Below are positions 9,270-18,454 of a DNA stretch of 32,000 nt, in pieces. Location: contig NC_017262.1 of the NCBI RefSeq assembly GCF_000175255.2, positions 390,001-422,000 of the forward strand. Reading direction: 5' to 3'. Every line of letters starts with the position of its first letter. The stretch's first letter is position 1. A model generated the notes under the pieces. It was given only the letters and a program-made list of their open reading frames with translations, was not told where the DNA came from and ran no database searches. The position numbers and the translations under genes are program-made. The stretch is from Zymomonas mobilis subsp. mobilis ATCC 10988. GTDB taxonomy: Bacteria > Pseudomonadota > Alphaproteobacteria > Sphingomonadales > Sphingomonadaceae.

Positions 9270-9790
9270 CTAGGTTCTGTTGAAAAAGGAAGGCAACCAT
9301 AATTTTACAGCCGCGACATGAAGGAAAGCGAGGAAAGATTTTCTGGGAAGATTTTTTCGTTTTATTATAAATCTATGGCGATATGTCGAAGCGGTTTCAT
9401 CCTATGAAACATCCGCTCGATATAGCGACAATTCCGGTCATGGCAAAATGGCGGGGAATATTCTCTGCTCGATTTAGGTGTATCGCAATAACAGGAAGAT
9501 AATCTCGAAAAAGCTGTTTTCTCTATATTCTTGTTTTCCCTATATTCTGTTGCCTCTCTTCTCGGCTCTTCTTGGCCAGAAAGCGGTGTATTTTGGCGGC
9601 AGGCCAATCTATCAAAGCCTTGGCTTCAAAATAATCTCAAACCATTGCCTTTCAGACCGCAATCAAGAAAAGCTTTTCACTCACCACCCAGTCATCACTC
9701 TTATCCATTCGGTAATGGCTCTTATTCGTAAAGCCGTCGCATCTTCTATCAAAGTCTTACCTTATGCCTCCCCTACTTCATTGGCCTGAC
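9270..9790 (-). pseudogene. Decayed IS5-family (IS427/IS1031-like DDE) transposase relic B
   Basis: Minus-strand translations in shifting frames give GKTLIEDATALRIRAIT (compare IDAT.L+AH), then PFCHDRNCRYIERMFHRMKPLRHIAIDL* (compare Y..RN.IERMF.RLK.FR.IATRYDK), then RKSFLAFLHVAAVKLWL (compare NFLA..HLAA..IWL). Stops and frameshifts interrupt the reading and the N-terminal third is absent. The boundaries are approximate. Confidence 0.5.
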
Positions 9791-9885
9791 TATCCGCCCC
9801 AATAACGCGGCTCACCCTTATCTGTTGCCGCCATCGGTCAGTGCAAGTTTGATCTATATGCCCAAAAAAATCATTCTAGAGCCGG

Positions 9886-10170
9886 TTATGGCTTCATCCA
9901 TTCTGCGACGGCAGCGATGTGGATGGCCGCGAGGAGCGACGTTTCCTTTTCTCGTATCGAATAGCAATAACGCGCCATGCCTTGAGGTGCGCCGAGAGGT
10001 TTTTAACGAAATGCCAGCAACGATAAGCCTATTTTGGGCAGAAGACCGATGCATTAGTCGTTTCACAAAGAATGGCTGGTCTAGCCCCCATGTCCCAGAG
10101 ATATGTTCCACCATGAACCGAGTTCAGCTTTTAGCCATCCTCTTTTCAGAGAAGCTTCGGAATTTTTGAA
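9886..10170 (-). pseudogene. Decayed IS5-family transposase relic A (C-terminal part only)
   Basis: The minus strand gives AYRCWHFVKNLSAHLKAWRVIAIRYEK, preceded by an in-frame TAG. After a frameshift it gives SLLAAIHIAAVAEWMKP*, the conserved C-terminal motifs of the same family. The upstream boundary is uncertain. Confidence 0.5.
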
Positions 10171-10320
10171 TCAATTCTTATCCTGCAAAATGCAGACAAT
10201 GGCTGGAAAATAATAATTTCAGCGTGTTTTTCGGATCGATTAAATTTTTGATATAAAAATGACGAATATCGGCCAGAAAATTTTTGGCATAATCCATCCA
10301 GCCTTATTATAGTCCCAACA

Positions 10321-10779
10321 ATGAGAATAGCCCTATTTCAACCGGATATTGCCGGTAATGTTGGAACCATCCTTCGGACGGCGGCCTGTTTCGGGGTCGG
10401 CGTCGATATCATTGAACCTTGCGGATTTGCTTTCTCCGATCGTGCCTTGAAACGTGCCGGAATGGACTATGCGAAAATTGCGCCACCGGTGCGACATAAT
10501 GATTGGAACAGCTTCCTTTCCACTCGTCCCGAACGCCGTGTCTTACTGACCACTGCGGGCGATATTCCTTTACCTGAAATGACGTTCCAGCCCGACGATA
10601 TTCTGCTCTTCGGCTCTGAATCCGCTGGCGCACCCGACTTTGTCCACCAAGCAGCCAGCCACCAAGTTCGAATACCGCTTCTCGCCGATTTCCGCTCTTT
10701 GAATATTGCTGTTTCTGCCGGTATCGCTTTGGCGGAAGCCTTGCGTCAAACAGGAGGCTTTGCCCATGAAGTCCGATGA
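10321..10779 (+). CDS. trmL: SpoU/TrmL-type tRNA (cytidine/uridine-2'-O)-methyltransferase
   Basis: 152-aa SPOUT protein (MRIALFQPDIAGNVGTILRTAACFG …LLFGSESAG… SLNIAVSAGIALAEALRQ). Confidence 0.85.
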   Translation: MRIALFQPDIAGNVGTILRTAACFGVGVDIIEPCGFAFSDRALKRAGMDYAKIAPPVRHNDWNSFLSTRPERRVLLTTAGDIPLPEMTFQPDDILLFGSESAGAPDFVHQAASHQVRIPLLADFRSLNIAVSAGIALAEALRQTGGFAHEVR

Positions 10780-11623
10780 AATGCTTTTGAATGAACAGCA
10801 ACAAGTCACTTCAGACTGGTTTCATCAGTTGCGAGATCGCATTTGCCAGCAATTTGAAGGGATAGAGCGCCAAGCCGCCAGTCCAGCGTCTTTTCAAGTC
10901 ACGCCATGGCAAAAAAATACTGAAGGCTATGGTATCCAGACGGGGCGTGGCATCCGCTCTTTAATGAAAGGACAAATTTTCGAAAAAGTTGGCGTTAACA
11001 TATCAACCGTCAAAGGCTGTTTCTCACCTGATTTCGCAAAAAAAATTCCTGGTACCGAGGATGATCCCCATTTTTTTGCAACAGGTATCAGCCTTGTCGC
11101 TCATATGGCTAATCCCCATGTCCCCAATATTCATATGAATTGCCGGTTTTTACAAACGACCAAAAGCTGGTTTGGAGGTGGGATCGACCTCAATCCCTCA
11201 ACTCCTTATGCAGAAGATACTGCCGAATTTCATCAGAGTTTAAAAACCATCTGCGATAAACATCATCCTGATTATTACAGTCGTTTCAGCGAGTGGGCTG
11301 ACCGCTATTTTGATATTCCTCATCGCCAAACGAAGCGCGGTGTCGGCGGCATTTTTTACGATTATCTTGATAGCAATTTTACAGCTGACTTTGCTTTTAC
11401 CAAAGATGTCGGGAAGGCTTTTCTGGATATTTTTCCAAAGCTGGTAGCAAGACGACAAAATAGAGCCGCTAACCAAGAAGATTTTCAGCGCCTCGCTGTT
11501 TATCGGGGACGGTACACCGAATTCAATCTTCTTTATGATCGTGGCACGTTATTCGGCTTAAAAACAGGCGGTGATGCTGATGCCGTTTTAATGAGTCTAC
11601 CACCAATGGCGATATGGGAATAA
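10766..11623 (+). CDS. hemF: Oxygen-dependent coproporphyrinogen-III oxidase
   Basis: HemF-like sequence (KVGVNISTV, HMANPHVPNIHMN, WFGGGIDLNP, RGRYTEFNLLYDRGTLFGL). The ORF track start (10706) lies inside trmL. I prefer ATG 10766, which overlaps trmL by 14 nt. Confidence 0.9.
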   Translation: MKSDEMLLNEQQQVTSDWFHQLRDRICQQFEGIERQAASPASFQVTPWQKNTEGYGIQTGRGIRSLMKGQIFEKVGVNISTVKGCFSPDFAKKIPGTEDDPHFFATGISLVAHMANPHVPNIHMNCRFLQTTKSWFGGGIDLNPSTPYAEDTAEFHQSLKTICDKHHPDYYSRFSEWADRYFDIPHRQTKRGVGGIFYDYLDSNFTADFAFTKDVGKAFLDIFPKLVARRQNRAANQEDFQRLAVYRGRYTEFNLLYDRGTLFGLKTGGDADAVLMSLPPMAIWE

Positions 11624-11626
11624 TCA

Positions 11627-12238
11627 ATGACGTTCCTCCTACTGGAAAAAGGACAACTTGCTTCTGTTGTCACTGCCTTGGAAATGACCAAGCAGCCTGA
11701 TGATAAATGGCTCTCTCAAAACGCCACAATTCTAGATATTGATAACAACCCCTATCACCTCGAACGATGGGAAGATCCACAGACAGATAGCTATCGTGAC
11801 CTTTTCCTAAAAATAGGCAGTCCATGGTTATGGTTTTCACGCTTGGAACTTGACGATCGAGCGTTAAAGGCTTTGATTACGCATCCTGAAATAGAAATTT
11901 ACCGCCTTAGGGATAATGATAATCACATTGCAGGGATGATCGAATTAGATTTTCGCAAAAAAGGAGAATGTGAAATCGTCTTTTTTGGTCTTGATGTTAA
12001 ATATATTGGTAAAAAATTAGGCCATCCGGTGATGATTCATACCCTGCATAAAGCATGGAAATCTGATATCAATCGCGTTTGGCTACATAGCTGTAGCTCT
12101 GATCATCCCGCCGCCTTGCGTTTTTATCAAAAACACCATTTTCAGCCCTATCAGCGAATGATCGAAATTCACGATGATCCTCGTTTGATAGGCTTATTAC
12201 CTAAAGAAGCGGCACCTCATATCCCTATTATTGATTAA
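11627..12238 (+). CDS. GNAT-family N-acetyltransferase
   Basis: The C-terminal half has the acetyl-CoA binding pattern (IVFFGLDVKYIGKKLG … ALRFYQKHHFQPY). It starts 4 nt after hemF. Confidence 0.7.
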   Translation: MTFLLLEKGQLASVVTALEMTKQPDDKWLSQNATILDIDNNPYHLERWEDPQTDSYRDLFLKIGSPWLWFSRLELDDRALKALITHPEIEIYRLRDNDNHIAGMIELDFRKKGECEIVFFGLDVKYIGKKLGHPVMIHTLHKAWKSDINRVWLHSCSSDHPAALRFYQKHHFQPYQRMIEIHDDPRLIGLLPKEAAPHIPIID

Positions 12239-12294
12239 TATAAAGGGATATGGAGTACCGCTTCTTTTTCAAATTAAACCGCTAGGCACTATTT

Positions 12295-13563
12295 TTAGGC
12301 TGCGCCAGGACTAGCGTCTTTCTCTTTTTGAGCAAAAACCCGCACCGGTTCTTTTTTGCCTTCAGCCACATCTTTATCAACGATGATTTCGGACACGCCT
12401 TCTAATGAAGGCAGTTCGAACATCGTATCAAGCAAGATACCTTCCAAAATAGAACGTAGACCGCGAGCCCCAGTCTTCCGTTCAATACCTTTTTTAGCAA
12501 TGGCTGCTAAAGCATCTTCAGTAAATTCGAGTTTGGCATCTTCCAGCTCAAACAACTTCTGATACTGTTTAACCAAAGCATTTTTAGGTTCGGTCAGAAT
12601 ACGTACCAGCGCGCTCTGATCAAGATCCTCTAGCGTTGCCAGAACAGGCAAACGACCTACAAATTCAGGAATTAGACCAAATTTCAACAGATCTTCTGGT
12701 TCACATTCCTGCAAAATTTCACCCGTCCGGCGTTCGTCAGGCGCAGCGACATGTGCACCGAAACCGATAGATTTCCCTTCGAGGCGGTCTGCAATAATCC
12801 GGTCGAGTCCAGCGAAAGCCCCACCACAAATAAAGAGGATATTCGTCGTATCAACCTGCAAGAATTCCTGCTGAGGATGCTTTCTGCCCCCCTGTGGTGG
12901 GACAGATGCCGTGGTGCCTTCCATCAGCTTTAGTAATGCTTGCTGGACGCCTTCGCCCGATACATCGCGCGTAATAGAAGGGTTGTCCGACTTTCTGGTG
13001 ATCTTGTCTATTTCATCAATATAGACAATGCCCCTTTGAGCACGTTCTACATTATAATCACTTGCCTGTAATAATTTCAGGATAATGTTTTCGACATCTT
13101 CACCGACATAACCAGCCTCGGTCAAAGTCGTTGCATCGGCCATCGTAAAGGGCACATCAAAGGTGCGCGCCAAAGTCTCTGCCAGAAGCGTTTTACCGCA
13201 TCCAGTCGGCCCAATCAAAAGAATATTAGATTTTGCTAGCTCGACATCAGCATCTTTGCCGCCGTGATTCAATCGCTTGTAATGGTTATGTACCGCAACA
13301 GAAAGCACCCGCTTGGCTTTACTCTGTCCGATAACATATTGGTCAAGAATCGTACAGATTTCCTGTGGCGTCGGCACGCTGCCGTCACCTTTATGCAAAG
13401 CGCCTCTGGTTTCCTCGCGAATGATGTCGTTACATAATTCAACACATTCATCGCAGATAAACACTGTCGGCCCCGCGATAAGCTTACGGACTTCGTGCTG
13501 CGATTTGCCGCAGAAAGAACAGTAAAGCGTGCTTTTGGAATCGCTGCCGCTCAGTTTGGTCAT
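12295..13563 (-). CDS. clpX: ATP-dependent Clp protease ATP-binding subunit ClpX
   Basis: It has the N-terminal zinc finger (CSFCGKS…CDEC), Walker [18 protein letters not shown] and the full-length ClpX sequence pattern. Confidence 0.97.
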   Translation of the reverse strand: MTKLSGSDSKSTLYCSFCGKSQHEVRKLIAGPTVFICDECVELCNDIIREETRGALHKGDGSVPTPQEICTILDQYVIGQSKAKRVLSVAVHNHYKRLNHGGKDADVELAKSNILLIGPTGCGKTLLAETLARTFDVPFTMADATTLTEAGYVGEDVENIILKLLQASDYNVERAQRGIVYIDEIDKITRKSDNPSITRDVSGEGVQQALLKLMEGTTASVPPQGGRKHPQQEFLQVDTTNILFICGGAFAGLDRIIADRLEGKSIGFGAHVAAPDERRTGEILQECEPEDLLKFGLIPEFVGRLPVLATLEDLDQSALVRILTEPKNALVKQYQKLFELEDAKLEFTEDALAAIAKKGIERKTGARGLRSILEGILLDTMFELPSLEGVSEIIVDKDVAEGKKEPVRVFAQKEKDASPGAA

Positions 13564-13712
13564 AACATCATCCTTGGCGGCTTTTAGCCGCTTTCATCCA
13601 TTCCAAAATCGTTTTAGCGCCAGTTTTCCCCTTGCTGCAATCCGAAAAAGGAAATTTTAGCAGCAAAGGTTAAACGGATCTGTATCAAAAGACAGATTTA
13701 GCTTGGAATCAC

Positions 13713-14345
13713 TTATTCTTTTTCTTCAGAAGCAACCGGACGCTTGTCGAAGACTTTATCAATCAAGCCAAAGGCTTTTGCCTCATCCGCTTCCAAGAAA
13801 TTGTCGCGATCCATCGCTTTCTCAATCTCTTCAATCGGTTGATTGGTATATTTTGCATAAAGAGCATTCAAACGTTTACGCATCCGCAAGATTTCACGCG
13901 CTTGAATCTCGATATCAGCCGCCATACCCTGCGCACCACCTGAAGGCTGATGAATCATGATACGGCTATTGGTCGTTGCAACCCGCATACCGGGTTCACC
14001 GGCGGCCAGCAGGAAGCTGCCCATAGAGGCAGCCTGACCAATACAAAGTGTACCAACCTTCGGACGAATATACTGCATAGTATCGTGAATAGCGAGGCCT
14101 GCTGTTACAACGCCCCCCGGAGAATTGATATAAAGGAAAATATCTTTTTTAGGGTTTTCAGCTTCCAAAAACAAAAGCTGAGCGCAAATCACCGAAGCCA
14201 TATGGTCTTCGACCTGACCGGTTACAAAAATGATACGTTCCCGTAACAGGCGAGAATAAATATCGAAGCTACGTTCCCCACGGTTCGATTGTTCGACAAC
14301 CATTGGGATTAAAGCATTGACGATATCAGCGTGATCATGGCTCAT
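13713..14345 (-). CDS. clpP: ATP-dependent Clp protease proteolytic subunit ClpP
   Basis: Typical ClpP sequence ([39 protein letters not shown]). Confidence 0.97.
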   Translation of the reverse strand: MSHDHADIVNALIPMVVEQSNRGERSFDIYSRLLRERIIFVTGQVEDHMASVICAQLLFLEAENPKKDIFLYINSPGGVVTAGLAIHDTMQYIRPKVGTLCIGQAASMGSFLLAAGEPGMRVATTNSRIMIHQPSGGAQGMAADIEIQAREILRMRKRLNALYAKYTNQPIEEIEKAMDRDNFLEADEAKAFGLIDKVFDKRPVASEEKE

Positions 14346-14423
14346 CGAAAAACAGCGTCCTTATTATTTGGCGAAAGTTATAGATTGTCGCTCTTGCTTA
14401 CTAATTCAAGCCCAAAGATATAT

Positions 14424-15389
14424 CTATCTATCTTTCTTTTTATCGAAATTTAAAAGGCCAGATTGCGCCAGATACGCCAATCTTAACGCTTCTCGACGGC
14501 CATAAACCACTGTATCCAGTATGATACCACAGGCGAATGAAAGACTGGAAAGAATGACAAGGCCGGTTGACAGTAAAGCTGTCGGCAATCTTGGAACTAA
14601 TCCAGTATGACAATAGGTAATCATCAAAGGCACAGCCAATCCGATACCCATAATCGCCAGAAAAATACCAATAACACTAAAAAACAGCATCGGGCGTTCT
14701 AGTCTGAAAAGCGACATAATCGTCAAGAGAATACGCCAGCCATCCCGATAAGTTGATAATTTTGAAAAAGACCCCTCTGGGCGGGCACTGTAGTGCGTTT
14801 CAACCTCGGCAACCGGCATTTGTAAAGCCAAAGCGTGAACGCTTATTTCTGTCTCAATTTCAAAGCCAGTGCTTAAAACAGGAAAGCTTTTCACAAAGCG
14901 TTTTGAAAAAGCCCGATAGCCGGAAAGGATATCTGTAAAATTACGGCCAAACAGCCAGGCTAAAATACCATTGAGAACACGATTGCCGAATTGATGTCCT
15001 AGACGATAGGCTTGGTCAGAAATAGATTGCCGAATTCCGACCACCATATCCAGCCCCTGCTCACAAAGCATTTCCACCATTTTTGGAGCAGCAGAGGCAT
15101 CGTAAGTCGCATCACCGTCAGCAAGGATATAAATATCAGCATCAATATCAGCGAACATCCGCCGAACAACATGCCCCTTCCCTTGCAACCTTTCCGAACG
15201 CGTGATGGCATGATGCTGTCGCGCAATCGCAATGGTGTTATCCGTGCTGTTATTGTCATAAACATAGATATCTGCATCAGGCAGAACATGACGAAAAGCT
15301 GCCACCGTTTTACCGATGGCAGCTTCTTCGTTATGACAGGGTAACAGCACAGCTACTTTCAAAGTAGCCGTTTTTGTTTCAGGCAGCAC
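14424..15389 (-). CDS. Membrane-anchored family-2 glycosyltransferase (GtrB/ArnC-like polyprenyl-phosphate glycosyltransferase)
   Basis: It has an N-terminal GT-A domain (VAVLLPCHNEE, DNNSTDNT, ADGDATYD) and two C-terminal TM helices, the architecture of polyisoprenyl-phosphate glycosyltransferases. The start is GTG at 15389, 17 nt after the tig stop. An in-frame TTG nine codons downstream is an alternative. Confidence 0.8.
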   Translation of the reverse strand: MLPETKTATLKVAVLLPCHNEEAAIGKTVAAFRHVLPDADIYVYDNNSTDNTIAIARQHHAITRSERLQGKGHVVRRMFADIDADIYILADGDATYDASAAPKMVEMLCEQGLDMVVGIRQSISDQAYRLGHQFGNRVLNGILAWLFGRNFTDILSGYRAFSKRFVKSFPVLSTGFEIETEISVHALALQMPVAEVETHYSARPEGSFSKLSTYRDGWRILLTIMSLFRLERPMLFFSVIGIFLAIMGIGLAVPLMITYCHTGLVPRLPTALLSTGLVILSSLSFACGIILDTVVYGRREALRLAYLAQSGLLNFDKKKDR

Positions 15390-15406
15390 CTTGTCTGAAA
15401 CCTTCC

Positions 15407-16888
15407 TTATTCGTCAGAAGATTTCTTTTCGGCTTTAGGAGCCGCTTTCTTTTTAGGCGCTGCTTTCTTTTTAGGAGCGGCGGCTGCTTTTTTAGCCTTG
15501 GGTTTGTCAGAAGCCTTTTCTTTATGATCATGGTCGTGATCATGCTTACCGATGCTGTCTTCTTCAGCTTCAATAGCGGCTTCTAATTCTTCCCGCGTAA
15601 CAGCACGATCCGTGATGTTGGCTTTTTCAAACAGGATATCGACCACTTTATCTTCATAAAGCGGCGCACGAAGCTGTGCAGCCATCATCGGATCCTGACG
15701 CAGATATTCAACAAAACGCTGACGATCGGCCGGGTTATAACGCTGTGCAGCCTGAGAAATGAGCATGTTCATTTCATTCTGGCTTACTTCAACATTGTTT
15801 TTGGCACCGATATCGGAAAGAGCCAGTCCTAAACGAACGCGGCGTTCTGCGATCGCGCGATATTCATCGCGTTCTTTTTCCATTTCAGCCAAAGCGGCTT
15901 CAGAATCTTCTTCATGGCTGGCAGCATGTTCCAGCTGACGCCAAATCTGATTGAATTCAGCTTCGACCATCTGGCTCGGGACTTCAAAGCTATAGCTATC
16001 AGCCAACTGATCCAACAGCTTACGCTTCATGTAAGTGCGCGTCAGACCATTTAATTCCTGTTCAATCTGACCTTTCATCAGATCACGGAGCTGATCGAGG
16101 CTTTCAAGGCCAAGGGATTTTGCAAAGTCATCATTGACTTCAGCTTTGCGTGGAACCCGAACATCGCTGACAGTGACGTCGAATTCGGCATCTTTGCCTT
16201 TCAGATAAGGAACCGAATAATCTTCAGGGAAGGTTACCTTTAAAACACGGCTTTCGCCTTGTTTTGCACCGACCAACTGCTCTTCAAAACCCGGAATAAA
16301 CTGACCTGCGCCCAGCTCAACGCTCATATCAGAGCCGGTGCCACCTTCGAAGGGTTCGCCATCAACTTTACCAACGAAATCAACAACGACAAGGTCACCA
16401 TTTTCAGCTTTGTGATCTTTTTTCGAATCATCAAAGCTTTTCTGATGTTCTGCGAATTCTTTAATTTTCTCATCGATCACAGCATTATCAGCTTCGACCG
16501 TCAAACGTTCCAGCTTCAGATCATCAAAGGAAATTTCTGGCACTTCCGGTAAAATTTCGAATTTAACCTTCAGCTCGGCGTCTTTACCCAGTTCATAGCC
16601 TTCGGTCAGTTCGATTTCCGGCTGCATAGCGGGCTTCTCGCCTTTGTCGCTCAGTAACTTCTGAACGCCGTCTTGAAGGGCTTTGTTCAGAGCATCCTGT
16701 GCTAAAGAAGCGCCATACATTTTGTTAACCAGTTTTGCTGGAACTTTTCCCGGACGGAAACCAGGTAAGTTAACACGCGGTGCAGCTTCGGCAACTTCCT
16801 GATCGATTCTTTTACGGATCTCATCTGCCGTAATAGTCAGCGTGTAGTTCCGCTTCAGGCCTTCATTTAACGTTTCGACAGTTTCCAT
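15407..16888 (-). CDS. tig: Trigger factor (ribosome-associated PPIase chaperone) with an unusual C-terminal tail
   Basis: METVETLNEGLKR…GFRPGKVP (ribosome-binding loop) is followed by the FKBP domain and the C-terminal arm. The ORF track's 5' extension to 17029 runs through the tRNA-Leu gene, so I use ATG 16888. Confidence 0.93.
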   Translation of the reverse strand: METVETLNEGLKRNYTLTITADEIRKRIDQEVAEAAPRVNLPGFRPGKVPAKLVNKMYGASLAQDALNKALQDGVQKLLSDKGEKPAMQPEIELTEGYELGKDAELKVKFEILPEVPEISFDDLKLERLTVEADNAVIDEKIKEFAEHQKSFDDSKKDHKAENGDLVVVDFVGKVDGEPFEGGTGSDMSVELGAGQFIPGFEEQLVGAKQGESRVLKVTFPEDYSVPYLKGKDAEFDVTVSDVRVPRKAEVNDDFAKSLGLESLDQLRDLMKGQIEQELNGLTRTYMKRKLLDQLADSYSFEVPSQMVEAEFNQIWRQLEHAASHEEDSEAALAEMEKERDEYRAIAERRVRLGLALSDIGAKNNVEVSQNEMNMLISQAAQRYNPADRQRFVEYLRQDPMMAAQLRAPLYEDKVVDILFEKANITDRAVTREELEAAIEAEEDSIGKHDHDHDHKEKASDKPKAKKAAAAPKKKAAPKKKAAPKAEKKSSDE

Positions 16889-16997
16889 CTCGTAACGAAC
16901 CTTTATTTCTGAATTCTGCTTAAAGCCAAATAATATCTGCCCCGAGGATTCGGGACAAACGCTCTTCAGAAGGAAAACCTCTGAACAGTGAATGGGA

Positions 16998-17082
16998 TGG
17001 TGCGGGCGAAGGGACTTGAACCCCCACATCTTGCGATACTGGAACCTAAATCCAGCGCGTCTACCATTTCCGCCACGCCCGC
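16998..17082 (-). tRNA. tRNA-Leu (anticodon UAG), class II with long variable arm, CCA encoded
   Basis: The minus strand reads GCGGGCGTGGCGGAAATGGTAGACGCGCTGGATTTAGGTTCCAGTATCGCAAGATGTGGGGGTTCAAGTCCCTTCGCCCGCACCA. The acceptor stem is GCGGGCG/CGCCCGC and the anticodon stem-loop is CTGGA-TTTAGGT-TCCAG. Confidence 0.9.
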
Positions 17083-17228
17083 AAATAAAATCTTTTGGCG
17101 AGGTCTATAACAATAGTTTCCCCAAGAGCAAGCCCGTCATTGCTTTCTATTCGAATATTCCTGCATTTGAGGTCGATATTGCGATAAAAAATGGCGTTCT
17201 CTGAAAAAAAATGCGATAAAAACCGCCC

Positions 17229-18116
17229 ATGAGCAAGATTATCACTATAAAAAATAATTCATTGACGCTCGATATCTCGACATCGGGTGCCGAAATGCAA
17301 CGTATCGAAGATGCCGATGGCCAGCAATGGCTATGGGACGGGAATCCTGAAATATGGAGCGGCCATGCCCCTTTCCTCTTCCCAATTGTCGGCACTTTGG
17401 TTCAAAATCAGTATCGCTTGGGCGATAAAAGCTATGAACTTCCGCGTCATGGTTTTGCTCGCCGGAAAGCTTTTGATCCGATCGTTATCGAGGCAGATCA
17501 TGCCTGTTTCCGATTGAAAGATGATTCGGAAACGCGGGCTGTGTATCCTTTCCTCTTTACGCTTGATATCGACTATCGTCTGAAAGAAAATAGTTTAACT
17601 ATCGAAGCAAAAGTGACCAATAATGGCGATTCTCCTATGCCGGCCAGCTTTGGTTTCCATCCAGCTTTAAGATGGCCGCTTCCAACAGGGGCAGATAGAA
17701 AGAATCACATCGTCCTTTTTGAAAAAGCCGAGATTGGTACCATCTCCGGTGTCGATAGTGACGGTCTTTTTGTTAGCCCAAGAGAAAATCCGGTGCATGA
17801 TCGGACGGTTATCTTAAATGATGACCTGTTTAATGATGATGCCTTGATTTTTGATAAAGTTGCTAGCCGCTCTGTTTGGATGGGGGCACCCGGATATAAG
17901 GGCGCTATTGTCCGATTTCCTCTAATGCCCTCCTTGGCATTATGGATGAAACCAGGTGCCGATTACCTTTGCATCGAGCCATGGCAGGGACATTCCGATC
18001 CAGCAGGTTTCAAAGGCGATATTTTTGAAAAACCGGGTATTGTCCCGATCAAACCGAAAGAAAGCCGCTCTTTTGGTATCGAAATTCTCATCAATGTCGA
18101 TGAAGACGATTTATAA
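17229..18116 (+). CDS. Aldose 1-epimerase (galactose mutarotase-like) family protein
   Basis: 295-aa protein with aldose-epimerase fold motifs (FLFPIVG, LPRHGFAR, FGFHPA, CIEPW). Confidence 0.8.
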   Translation: MSKIITIKNNSLTLDISTSGAEMQRIEDADGQQWLWDGNPEIWSGHAPFLFPIVGTLVQNQYRLGDKSYELPRHGFARRKAFDPIVIEADHACFRLKDDSETRAVYPFLFTLDIDYRLKENSLTIEAKVTNNGDSPMPASFGFHPALRWPLPTGADRKNHIVLFEKAEIGTISGVDSDGLFVSPRENPVHDRTVILNDDLFNDDALIFDKVASRSVWMGAPGYKGAIVRFPLMPSLALWMKPGADYLCIEPWQGHSDPAGFKGDIFEKPGIVPIKPKESRSFGIEILINVDEDDL

Positions 18117-18142
18117 TTTTTATTGAAAAATAAATTTCGGCG

Positions 18143-18177
18143 AAAGGCTGCAAAGGGGAACACTTTTGTAGCCTTTT
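18143..18177. terminator. Hairpin terminator between the epimerase gene and tRNA-Gln
   Basis: AAAGGCTGCAAA-N10-TTTGTAGCCTTT forms a 12-bp stem with one G:U pair on the plus-strand RNA, followed by T. Confidence 0.45.
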
Positions 18178-18189
18178 GTCTATCAAGGC

Positions 18190-18274
18190 TAAAAATGGTT
18201 GGGGCGGCAGGATTCGAACCTGCGCATGACGGGATCAAAACCCGTTGCCTTACCGCTTGGCTACGCCCCAATAG
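18190..18274. repeat. Direct repeat copy 1 (85 bp, contains tRNA-Gln)
   Basis: Base-for-base identical to 19991..20075 (TAAAAATGG…CGCCCCAATAG). A further 4 of 5 flanking bases also match. Confidence 0.95.
18196..18270 (-). tRNA. tRNA-Gln (anticodon UUG), CCA encoded
   Basis: The minus strand reads TGGGGCGTAGCCAAGCGGTAAGGCAACGGGTTTTGATCCCGTCATGCGCAGGTTCGAATCCTGCCGCCCCAACCA. The anticodon stem-loop is ACGGG-TTTTGAT-CCCGT. Confidence 0.92.
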
Positions 18275-18454
18275 ACTTCATTAAGAGTGCAGTCTATTTT
18301 TGAAGAGCCGCTTTATAGCAAGTAAATTTCTTTTGAAAAGCCTTGCGACCAAAAAATATAGAAAAAAAACAGCGTCATCTCTCCCAAAAGGAAAAATTTT
18401 TGTCTTTGGTCGTTACTCTTTATAATTCTTCCATCCGAATAAAAGGCAGCGATA

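Noticed and set aside
13564-13712. Imperfect inverted repeats in the clpP-clpX spacer (GGCGGCT…AGCCGCT; TTGCTGC-N21-GCAGCAA)
   Set aside because: The stems are short or imperfect with long loops and no U-tract, so they do not support an attenuator or terminator call.
15374-15586. ORFs 15374..15586(+) and 15379..15573(-) with Phe/Arg- or Lys-rich repeats
   Set aside because: They are alternative-frame and antisense readings of the repetitive DNA that encodes the Lys/Ala/Pro tail of Tig.
16889-17029. 5' extension of the trigger factor ORF (MWGFKSLRPHHP…)
   Set aside because: The extension is a translation of the tRNA-Leu gene and its flank. The canonical Tig N-terminus begins at ATG 16888.
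17963-18271. ORFs 17963..18271(-), 19959..20219(-) and 16992..17204(+) that run through tRNA genes
   Set aside because: The shared peptide GRSQAVRQRVLIPSCAGSNPAAPTIF is simply the tRNA-Gln sequence translated. These are not protein-coding.
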